A stretch of DNA of 64,000 bases from a candidate division BRC1 bacterium ADurb.Bin183 (GTDB taxonomy: Bacteria > Sumerlaeota > Sumerlaeia > MWCT01): positions 735 to 64,734 of the forward strand of contig MWCT01000007.1 of NCBI GenBank assembly GCA_002070185.1. The letters are read 5' to 3'. Under the pieces are notes generated by a model. It was not told where the DNA came from, did not search any database, and was given only the letters and a program-made list of their open reading frames with translations. A program made the position numbers and the translations under genes. How positions within the stretch are numbered: the first letter of the stretch is position 1; each line of letters begins with the position of its first letter. Below, piece by piece: positions 56,554 to 64,000 of the stretch.

Positions 56554-57390
56554 CTACGACCTCCCAATCTTGCAGATATGTTCTTCATCCTTATAAGCGC
56601 CCAAACGCTCCATAAGAAGGGTGAAATCTACCTGATGGGCGTCGAACTCAGGACCGTCCACGCATACGAATTTCGTCTGCCCGCCCACCTCAACGCGGCA
56701 GCCGCCGCACATGCCTGTCCCATCAAGCATCATTGCGTTGAGGCTGACAACGGTTTTAATATGATATGGCAGCGTCGTTACGGCGACGAATTTCATCATA
56801 ATGGCAGGACCGATTGCCATCACGCGGTCAATCTTTTTTCCAGAATCTATGAGCTCTTTCAAAGGAGCGGTCACAACGCCTTTTCGCCCATAAGAGCCGT
56901 CGTCCGTGCAGATGATAACATTATCGCAAATGGGTTGGAATCTATCTTCCCAGAAAAGAAGTTCCTTTGTGCGCGCCCCTAAAATGGCTATAACCGTGTT
57001 GCCCGCCTTCTTCATGGCGCGGGCGATTGGGTAAATCGGCGCGATGCCTATCCCCCCGCCGATGACAACAACCGTTCCATATTGCTCTATTTCTGAAGGA
57101 CGCCCCAAGGGACCGGCAATATTTAAAAAGGCGTCGCCCTTATTAAACTGGTTAATCCGACGCGTGCCTTCGCCGATTTCTTGCACAACCATTTCTATAG
57201 TTCTCTCGCCGTCATAATCGGCAATGGTCAAGGGAATGCGTTCGCCTTCTTCATCGGAGCGGACAATGACAAACTGACCTGCTTGCGCCTTTCGGGCAAT
57301 ATCAGGCGCCTCTAATTTGAACCATTTGACCAACGGCGCCAGCATTCCTGCATCCAAAATGGGTATCATTTCATCCCTCAAAAAAAACAA
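56554..57390 (-). CDS. nfnA: NfnA / SudB-like FAD-[2Fe-2S] ferredoxin-NADP reductase-type subunit
   Basis: 278 aa. ..GQFVIVR..RIPLTIADYD.. FAD-binding barrel. C-terminal ..DGTGMCGGCRV...CVDGPEF.. 2Fe-2S motif. Abuts nfnB. Confidence 0.75.
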   Translation of the reverse strand: MFFLRDEMIPILDAGMLAPLVKWFKLEAPDIARKAQAGQFVIVRSDEEGERIPLTIADYDGERTIEMVVQEIGEGTRRINQFNKGDAFLNIAGPLGRPSEIEQYGTVVVIGGGIGIAPIYPIARAMKKAGNTVIAILGARTKELLFWEDRFQPICDNVIICTDDGSYGRKGVVTAPLKELIDSGKKIDRVMAIGPAIMMKFVAVTTLPYHIKTVVSLNAMMLDGTGMCGGCRVEVGGQTKFVCVDGPEFDAHQVDFTLLMERLGAYKDEEHICKIGRS

Positions 57391-57474
57391 TTTATCGAAA
57401 ATAAACTATTGGCGTTGATTAGGTATGGGCTGCCAAAAGCGGCGTCAACAACAAAGATACGCCCCAATGAACGT

Positions 57475-58890
57475 TTAATCCACGATGCGCAGATTGCGAA
57501 ACTGCCCCGCATCGCGGTACCATGCGGCGGCGGCTTCTTTTTTGCTATCCAGATAATCCGCCGCCAGAATCCCTTCGTAAATCGAGTGATCCATATTGTT
57601 GTGGTGGAAAAGTCCTTGTCGCCCCAGTGTGATAAGGTTCGGAAATTTTTGCAGATGCGAGAAAATTTCATCCAGACGCGCCTCGTAGCCTCGACGATAG
57701 ATGGGATATGCATGTGCCAACCGGCTAACATAGGTATCCATGATTTCATTAACTTTGACTAATCCTGTGCTTGCGAGGTCTTTGCATACGCGGCTCGCAA
57801 ACCACGAATCGTTTTGGTTCCACATGCCGTCATTGGCTCGCATAGTCACTTCAAGGCAAATAATGGTTCTATGTTTACGCGACATCATTTCATCAAAATT
57901 TTTTGATTCATATCCGCGATTGAATATCAGACTCGGTTCGGGAAAATAAAGCCACGTGTCTTCGGAGATTCGCGGGCGGTCAACGAGGACGAAAACCAGC
58001 GCCATGGCAAGATATTCCAACGCCGCCGCCGCCTGTTTAGCCTCATGCGCTGACACAGCATCCACCAGTTCCGGTACGGGGATGGTTGAAAAACAAAAAT
58101 CGGCGCAAACCTCTTCATTGCCATTTTTCCCATTGCAAGAAATTTTCCAGCCGCCGTTTGAATTCATGAGCATTTTTTTGACGCCGCAGTTAAATAAAAA
58201 TTGAACACCCCGCTTTTCCAAATGCTCTTTTAAGCGCTGTGAAAGATTTTTAATCCCGCCTTTGATATAATAAAATTCTTGAAGCGAAGTTTCGCGCCCC
58301 TTTTGCTCGCGCAAAAAAAGCCGCCGAGCCAGAGCGGCAAGCCCTCCCGCCGAAACCCGCGCCTTAGCCACATCCGGCGACAACTCCGCAGCAGGCATTT
58401 TCCATGTCTTTTCTGTATACGGCTTGACGATTTTGTTATAAAGAGCGCAGCCGAAAGATTTTTGCATTAAAGTCTCAAAGGATTCTTCTTGCGGGGGAGA
58501 AAAGAGCCGCCCCAGACGCGTTGAAAAAAAACTGCCCGCAAAACGGGCAATCTTCAACAGACCAAAATGCGAAAGGGTATTCATCAAACGAGGCGGATAA
58601 ACAATCATCCTGCCATCAAGCAGCATGTGGCTCCGGCGCCGGCAGGTAATCAAATCCTCGCCCATTTGCCGATTGAGAAAATCTACGGCTTGCGGAATGG
58701 ACGCGCTAATGCGGTGGGGACCAAGGTCAGAGCTGAACCCTTTATACTGGATGGAAATAGCAAGCCCCCCCGCAAAGGATTCCTTTTCGATAATCGAAAT
58801 ATTTTTATAGCCAAGCTCGCTAAGGCGGCAGGCGCAGGCAAGCCCAGCCAGCCCCGCGCCCAGAATAGCTATGCTTTTATTTTTTTCCAT
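57475..58890 (-). CDS. UDP-galactopyranose mutase-like FAD-dependent enzyme (Glf family, long form)
   Basis: IAILGAGLAGLACACRL FAD motif. ..ALYNKIVKPYTEKTWKMPAAELSPDV.. parallels the UGM ..[24 protein letters not shown].. region. 471 aa. Confidence 0.6.
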   Translation of the reverse strand: MEKNKSIAILGAGLAGLACACRLSELGYKNISIIEKESFAGGLAISIQYKGFSSDLGPHRISASIPQAVDFLNRQMGEDLITCRRRSHMLLDGRMIVYPPRLMNTLSHFGLLKIARFAGSFFSTRLGRLFSPPQEESFETLMQKSFGCALYNKIVKPYTEKTWKMPAAELSPDVAKARVSAGGLAALARRLFLREQKGRETSLQEFYYIKGGIKNLSQRLKEHLEKRGVQFLFNCGVKKMLMNSNGGWKISCNGKNGNEEVCADFCFSTIPVPELVDAVSAHEAKQAAAALEYLAMALVFVLVDRPRISEDTWLYFPEPSLIFNRGYESKNFDEMMSRKHRTIICLEVTMRANDGMWNQNDSWFASRVCKDLASTGLVKVNEIMDTYVSRLAHAYPIYRRGYEARLDEIFSHLQKFPNLITLGRQGLFHHNNMDHSIYEGILAADYLDSKKEAAAAWYRDAGQFRNLRIVD

Positions 58891-58898
58891 AAACTCCC

Positions 58899-60041
58899 TT
58901 ACTGGCTCGCCATACCACGATTCTGGAGAATCTCTCGAACTTTTTCGCGAGGCAAGAGGGAAATTTCATGGCTGATATTTTCCGCCTTAAAAATCTCCGC
59001 GCAAGTCAGCGGCGTCGGCGCGGCGGAAAGCCTTCTGAGGTATTCTTTGCATTCCATGGGTTTGGCGGTAAGCGCCACAGCAGAGGCAATGGCAAGCTGG
59101 CGGATGAATGGTTGCGGATCATCTAAGGCGATTCGAGTTGCCATCATGAAATTTTCCCCGCCGCGCGCCGCAAGCCTTGATAAAACAGCACGCCGAACGC
59201 GCCAGCTCTTATCTTCCTTCATCAAAGTCAAAATATCCTCAAAACGCGCGGACTCCGGCTCGTCAAGGATTGTCTCAGTTAAGGCGATTCGAAATACCTC
59301 GCAATCAGAATGCGCCAGCAATTTCTTTTTGAAAAGAAGGGTTCGCGCCCGTTCCTGAACTTTTTCCTGATATGCGCTCTTCCGCAGGGCGGATAACGCC
59401 GCCGCCATCACTTGCGGTTGCTCAAGGTAATCATCAACGGAAAAGACTGAAGTATAAAGAAAATCCTGCGCCTCCGGATACAATGATAGGCGTAAAATAG
59501 CCTGAACGCGGATATCCTTGTCTTCATCGCGATTGCGCGCAAGTGTCATGAAGGGTTTGATGGCATCTGCGCCGGTGTACCCCTCAAGACCGCTGAGCGC
59601 AGCAAGCCGAAGCGAACGGCGCAGGGCAATGGGCGGATTGCCTTCTGCTTCGGGATATTTCATATTCAGGGTTTTCAAGAAGATTTGTTGAATTTCTTTT
59701 TTCTGTTCAGCGTTGGCTGGGAATTTGGCAAGCATAAACGCCGCCTCCCGCACCGTTCGGGGAAATTTCTTCACATCCTTTTTGTTCAGGATATATGATA
59801 ACAAATCAAAAGAAACTTCGTTCCCTTTCATTTTTTCAAGAGCCTTCAGGGCTTGATAGGCGGAAATATCATCGGAATTTTTTTTAATCTTCCGAAGACC
59901 TTCCGGAGTGTTTTCTTTATGCTCCTCTTTAATTTCACGCCGTATTCCAGCGTCCCGCCTCGCGTCAATGCTTTCCCTGTCGTCTCGCCGCATCTCTGGG
60001 ATATTGGATCGTAGAACAATCACATCATAATGTTCAAACAA
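58899..60041 (-). CDS. HEAT/PBS-lyase-like repeat protein
   Basis: Repeated ..VRxxAxxALxxL.. helical units (..VRRAVLSRLAARGGEN..IRQLAIASAVAL..). Confidence 0.5.
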   Translation of the reverse strand: MFEHYDVIVLRSNIPEMRRDDRESIDARRDAGIRREIKEEHKENTPEGLRKIKKNSDDISAYQALKALEKMKGNEVSFDLLSYILNKKDVKKFPRTVREAAFMLAKFPANAEQKKEIQQIFLKTLNMKYPEAEGNPPIALRRSLRLAALSGLEGYTGADAIKPFMTLARNRDEDKDIRVQAILRLSLYPEAQDFLYTSVFSVDDYLEQPQVMAAALSALRKSAYQEKVQERARTLLFKKKLLAHSDCEVFRIALTETILDEPESARFEDILTLMKEDKSWRVRRAVLSRLAARGGENFMMATRIALDDPQPFIRQLAIASAVALTAKPMECKEYLRRLSAAPTPLTCAEIFKAENISHEISLLPREKVREILQNRGMASQ

Positions 60042-60095
60042 AAAAAAGGCGTCTGTGGACGCCTTGCAAATTTTAGATAATGTGAAATAATTGCG

Positions 60096-60830
60096 CTATT
60101 TTTGGGTCGGCTTGATTTTTAAATCAACCGGAGTCTGAGCCCCCCGCTGGGCGAGCTCGCGCACGCAATAGATGATGTCCAAAATAATATGCTCCTCTTC
60201 GGTAAGCTCTTTCACTTCATAAAGATGCTTAATCTTTTGATTCATGCGTATTAAGACATTGGTGTAAGAGTCGAGGTCTGCCTTGACGTCCGGCTGGCTG
60301 AACTGAACCTCGAGCGCTTGATAGATTTCTTCGCCGAGTTTCTGTTTTTTCTCCGGGTCGGAAACATCGCGCATAAACCCGACAATCTCTGTTTTATTTT
60401 CCTCAAGCGTCTTAGTAATGACACTATCGAACTCAACAATAAAATGGTCCATCGCCTCGTCGGTCTTTTTTGTTAGTTCGCTTTGCAGGTAAACCCTGCC
60501 ATCGGGGATGGCTTTGAGGAGTTGTTCGCAGGAGTTGCGAGCCACTTCGGGAGCCATGGCTCTCAGTTCGCCTTCTATGCTTTTTGAAAGTTCGGGCAGC
60601 ATTTTTTCGATTTTGTCGCCTGCGACCATCATGATGGATTGAGGTTCGAGAACCTCATTAATCAAGCCCTTGATAAAGCCGAAATAGATAAAAACAATTA
60701 TCAGCAGGACAATTCCGCCGATAACTGTAATCGTCATGGTTTTCTTTTTTTTGCTGATGTCTTGGTCCAATTTTTCTGCCAAAGAATCAATTTTCTTTTC
60801 GATGTCTATAAGGTCGCTCATTGCCATCAC
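60096..60830 (-). CDS. Membrane-anchored coiled-coil protein (paralog A)
   Basis: Short N-terminal helix, one TM (TITVIGGIVLLIIVFIYFGFI), then about 200 aa of helical region. Architecture matches the next gene. Confidence 0.5.
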   Translation of the reverse strand: MMAMSDLIDIEKKIDSLAEKLDQDISKKKKTMTITVIGGIVLLIIVFIYFGFIKGLINEVLEPQSIMMVAGDKIEKMLPELSKSIEGELRAMAPEVARNSCEQLLKAIPDGRVYLQSELTKKTDEAMDHFIVEFDSVITKTLEENKTEIVGFMRDVSDPEKKQKLGEEIYQALEVQFSQPDVKADLDSYTNVLIRMNQKIKHLYEVKELTEEEHIILDIIYCVRELAQRGAQTPVDLKIKPTQK

Positions 60831-60831
60831 C

Positions 60832-61623
60832 TCACTTTCCTTCCGGAATTTTTTTATCGGCAGCCTGAGCCATCGGGGCGCTCGGCTTGCCGGCTTCTGC
60901 GAACACGTCCTCGAAAACTACCAGTTTCAAAAGAAGCAAATCACCAAGACGCTGAGCGGCATAATGCACCAGTTGAGTGTCGTTCATTTTGGCAATATTA
61001 TCCGGAATAGATGCGCTGTCAAGCGTCGCGCTCAAATCAGATAGGACTTCAATCTGCGGCTTGAACAATTCATTTGCGAGTTTCAAGGAAGCCGTATGGG
61101 CAACATCAAGCGTGCCGTCCATAATTTCTTTGCGTTTGGCGGAATCCTTCAACTCCGGCATGTCCGCGGCAAGGACACCCAATTGTTTTTCAAGCATCTT
61201 ATTAAACTTTTCTTCCAGACTGCGGTTGACGAATTCCCCCACATTTTTTATTAATAAATCCATTTCTCTGGTAAACGTTTCCGCAATCTCGGGCATGCTT
61301 TTGTCAAATTCCTTGAATAGGGCTTCCTGATAAACGGGGGCGAGATTCTCCGCGAGATTTCCCGCTTCTGCCCCGACTTTTGGTATCAGCGCAACAAGCT
61401 CCTCCTGCGCCGCCTTTGCGTATGCTTCCTTGTCAATGTTCCTGAAAATGTTGATGACTGACAAGACCTGAAGAATGATGACCACAGCCACCACCAGCAG
61501 AACAAGCCGTCCCACCCATACAGCTGTCCGTGTGGCGGATTTGAGCTCTTCCATCTTGAGCTCAATGGCGGCAACTTTTGCCAAAACCTTGTCCGCTGAC
61601 GCTGAGTTTTCACCCTTAGCCAT
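60832..61623 (-). CDS. Membrane-anchored coiled-coil protein (paralog B)
   Basis: N-terminal helix, TM (VWVGRLVLLVVAVVIILQVL), helical domain. 2-nt spacing to paralog A. Confidence 0.5.
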   Translation of the reverse strand: MAKGENSASADKVLAKVAAIELKMEELKSATRTAVWVGRLVLLVVAVVIILQVLSVINIFRNIDKEAYAKAAQEELVALIPKVGAEAGNLAENLAPVYQEALFKEFDKSMPEIAETFTREMDLLIKNVGEFVNRSLEEKFNKMLEKQLGVLAADMPELKDSAKRKEIMDGTLDVAHTASLKLANELFKPQIEVLSDLSATLDSASIPDNIAKMNDTQLVHYAAQRLGDLLLLKLVVFEDVFAEAGKPSAPMAQAADKKIPEGK

Positions 61624-61804
61624 GAGTTCCTCCTTTAGATAATATTTTTCATGAAATGATGCAATTGATGCTGCGCCGTTTTACCGCCGCGCATCCCCCA
61701 TCTCACATCCACCGAAGGAGAAGCCATCCGTTTCGGCGAACAGTTATCTACCTACAACAAATTTAAAAAGCGAATCAAGGGAAAAACGCATAACCAACAG
61801 ATAT

Positions 61805-62581
61805 TTAATTCAAAAAGGAGATTTTTTTGAAGGGTTTGTATCGGAAAAAAGCGCGCCCGCGGAGGTTTTCAAGAGGGACAAATCCCCATGCGCGGCTGTC
61901 TAGACTGCTCTTAGAATTATCCCCCAGAACCATGATATGACCAGCCGGTATCGTTGCCTTCGTGAAATAATGGCGGTCGCAATCATTCTGATATTCAATG
62001 TGGTCATAAGGCTCTCCAGTGAGCTTTTTATTATTGATATAAACGCCCCCTTCCCGAATTTCAACCAGATCGCCCGGAAGACCTATGCAGCGTTTGATAT
62101 ATACGGGTTTATCCTGCGAATAAATTATCGGAGGAACCTTGAACACCACGATGTCTCCGCGTTTGGGCATCTGAAACCAATACTCGAATTTGTTGACCAC
62201 TATCTTATCCGAACGCATGACAAATTTCCGCCCGATGAGTTTGTGCTGCGGAGGATGGAAGATAATCTGGTCATGCGTGTATCGCCCGTTTTCCCGATAA
62301 AATACATGGATGACGCTTGCGCCCTTCATGATAACAAGGTCATCCTCGCCGTTGTTATCGTAATCAAATTCCGTGCATAAATCGCCGACAAGCGTTGGAG
62401 TCATGGAGCCTGTGGGGATTTTAAACAGCTCCACGATAAATGTTCTAATAAACATCGCAAGAATATAAGCGATAATCAAGGCGTCCGCCCATTCCCGAAC
62501 GCTCGCAAAAAAAGATTTATTTTGTTTTTTTTGTCTGGATTGTCTACCCGCATCGGTTGTTTCAACAGGTTCTGCATTCAT
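61805..62581 (-). CDS. lepB: Signal peptidase I
   Basis: ..IPTGSMTPTL.. (Ser box), ..KRCIGLPGD.., ..VLGDNSKSSLDSRAWGFVP.. conserved SPase I boxes. Confidence 0.85.
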   Translation of the reverse strand: MNAEPVETTDAGRQSRQKKQNKSFFASVREWADALIIAYILAMFIRTFIVELFKIPTGSMTPTLVGDLCTEFDYDNNGEDDLVIMKGASVIHVFYRENGRYTHDQIIFHPPQHKLIGRKFVMRSDKIVVNKFEYWFQMPKRGDIVVFKVPPIIYSQDKPVYIKRCIGLPGDLVEIREGGVYINNKKLTGEPYDHIEYQNDCDRHYFTKATIPAGHIMVLGDNSKSSLDSRAWGFVPLENLRGRAFFRYKPFKKISFLN

Positions 62582-62625
62582 TCCATTCTCTCCGTATCCT
62601 CAAAATGTATATTGTTTTAGATACC

Positions 62626-64000
62626 CTAATACAACATATAGGCGGAAAAATCCGCACCCGAGATCCCTTTGACCCTTGTTGTAACTGTTTTGGTGATTCT
62701 GCCTGTTTCAAAATCCACATGAACAGTCAAGGGGATGCGCATTCCCGGAGTTGCCCCCTCATTGACTGTGGCGTCAAAGAACAAGGTGACGGTTGATTTG
62801 GCTGGGATTGTGCCGCTCCATGCAAGTGTATTGTTTTGATAATCCACAGCAATGTTGCCGCTTGTCGCAAACGCCGAACCCTGATTTATTTTGATGGTTT
62901 CGGGTATCTCCGTCCCCATTAAAGGCGACGCCGGCAGCATCCCTTTGTTCACCAGTATGATTGTGTAATGGAAAACCTCGCCGGGATCGGCGACGGCGGG
63001 CGTGGCGCTAATTGATGTGTCGGCAAGATTGTAGTTCTGCACGATGGAGGTTCCCCTTGGGAATACGACCTCCGGTGCGCAGTTGCCCGAAACTTCTCCC
63101 TGTGCAACGATGGCGGCGCCGTCCGGAATCACTCTATCAACCCTGACCTGATAAACAACAGGTTGGAAACTTCCATGCATAATCAGCCCGCTCCATTCCA
63201 CCCTGCCGGCAAGAGGATTCCACGTCCCCGAATCATTAAGGACTGATACAAATGTGGTATGCTCTGGGATATATCCGAAGACATTGAAAAAATTCATAAT
63301 GTTTCCCGAATTGACGGCTTTGACAGTTATGGTTAATGCTTCGTCAGGTTGACAGAAGGTTTTGTCAAAAAATGTCGCGGATTTATCCGCAGGCGTTGAA
63401 TTGACCATCGTTGTCGCGGCAAGATTGAGCGACTGTGTCTGGTAGCGCAGGCTTGCCGTGTTGGTTAGCGCCTCATTGCATAAAGCCCAGTCTTCATCCA
63501 CTTTAACCTTAAAGGTAAAGTTCCGTTCATCAAGGAACGCCCGATGGACATGTTTGATGCGCACGGCAAGGGAGTCGCGAATATATGTATCCACCGGCAA
63601 GCCTTGGCAATGGTATGTTATCCCTTTTGACCCGGTGGGATCCTCCATACCAACGCTGGCGGTTGATCCGTCGCCGTAAAAAGCAGAATCCATCGTTTTA
63701 TATTGAAATAAAATCTCGCTATCTTTCTCGTATAAAATCGCCTCAAACTCAAAAGCGGGCTCATAATTGCCAAAGTCACTGAAATGGTGCGCCTTCCAGC
63801 GGACAAAGAAAAGACGGTTTGGCGCGGTTCCCTCGCTGCCCACCCAAATCCCGTCGCCTGCCATGGACGATATTGTCAGGTCGTCCCAAAAGGGGGCAAT
63901 CACGGCATTCGGCGGTTGTGTTGACGGCAAGCATTGATTTTCTGAAACAGAATGCTCTGGGCTAAAAGCCAGATATCCGTTTGTGCTGATGCTGATTTTT
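62626..64000 (-). CDS. Large secreted/adhesin-like protein, C-terminal part (N-terminus beyond window)
   Basis: The frame stays open from the stop at 62626 to the window edge. The TTG 'start' at 63930 in the ORF track is not a real start. Beta-rich, Thr/Asn/Gly-rich sequence typical of surface repeat proteins. Confidence 0.55.
   Translation of the reverse strand, partial: KISISTNGYLAFSPEHSVSENQCLPSTQPPNAVIAPFWDDLTISSMAGDGIWVGSEGTAPNRLFFVRWKAHHFSDFGNYEPAFEFEAILYEKDSEILFQYKTMDSAFYGDGSTASVGMEDPTGSKGITYHCQGLPVDTYIRDSLAVRIKHVHRAFLDERNFTFKVKVDEDWALCNEALTNTASLRYQTQSLNLAATTMVNSTPADKSATFFDKTFCQPDEALTITVKAVNSGNIMNFFNVFGYIPEHTTFVSVLNDSGTWNPLAGRVEWSGLIMHGSFQPVVYQVRVDRVIPDGAAIVAQGEVSGNCAPEVVFPRGTSIVQNYNLADTSISATPAVADPGEVFHYTIILVNKGMLPASPLMGTEIPETIKINQGSAFATSGNIAVDYQNNTLAWSGTIPAKSTVTLFFDATVNEGATPGMRIPLTVHVDFETGRITKTVTTRVKGISGADFSAYMLY

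Noticed and set aside
63930-63932. TTG 'start' of the last ORF given by the ORF track
   Set aside because: The reading frame remains open to the window edge (no stop between 63931 and 63999), so the gene is truncated by the window, not initiated here.

Overview
This 64 kb window is a chromosomal segment of a moderately GC-rich bacterium. An inference from the abundant pseudopilin-like proteins, the many secreted beta-helix, PEGA and NHL proteins, and the Lys-rich tails on translation proteins is that it comes from an uncultivated PVC-like or candidate-phylum lineage. Coding density is high, mostly on the minus strand.

**Recognisable blocks**
- **(a) Glycan/glycolipid locus (3.2-10.1 kb), plus strand:** a UbiA-family prenyl/phosphoribosyl transferase, GT1, GT2, a TPR-radical SAM-SPASM fusion, GT1 and GT2.
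- **(b) Conserved translation operon:** ylxM-ffh-rpsP-KH-rimM-trmD-SPOUT-rplS, followed by a polysaccharide deacetylase and RidA.
- **(c) tRNA-fMet and tRNA-Met.**
- **(d) Second sugar-modification block:** two SDR epimerase/dehydratases plus GT1.
- **(e) Putative pilus/secretion accessory module:** a PAS hybrid sensor kinase, a MerR-HTH::FlhG/FleN-like MinD ATPase, an ExeA/MshM-like AAA ATPase, an orphan OppD-like ABC ATPase, a 2x[4Fe-4S] ferredoxin, and two separately transcribed type-IV-pilin-like genes. One of the pilin genes carries a clear sigma-54 promoter.
- **(f) AT-rich islet** holding a membrane protein and a decayed IS3 transposase.
- **(g) sigma-54-controlled operon (M20 peptidase plus two acetate-kinase paralogs)** under a divergently encoded V4R/XylR-N-type sigma-54 activator.
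- **(h) Further secreted and carbohydrate-active proteins:** transglutaminase-like, GHL10-NHL, pectate-lyase fold, GT1 with an inserted domain, and a MobA-like NTP transferase.
- **(i) tRNA-Cys and tRNA-Leu.**
- **(j) UDP-galactopyranose-mutase-like gene** with NfnAB and a large polytopic membrane protein.
- **(k) HEAT protein** and two paralogous membrane-anchored coiled-coil proteins.
- **(l) lepB** and a large adhesin-like protein that runs off the window end.

No CRISPR array, intact IS, integrase or rRNA was seen.
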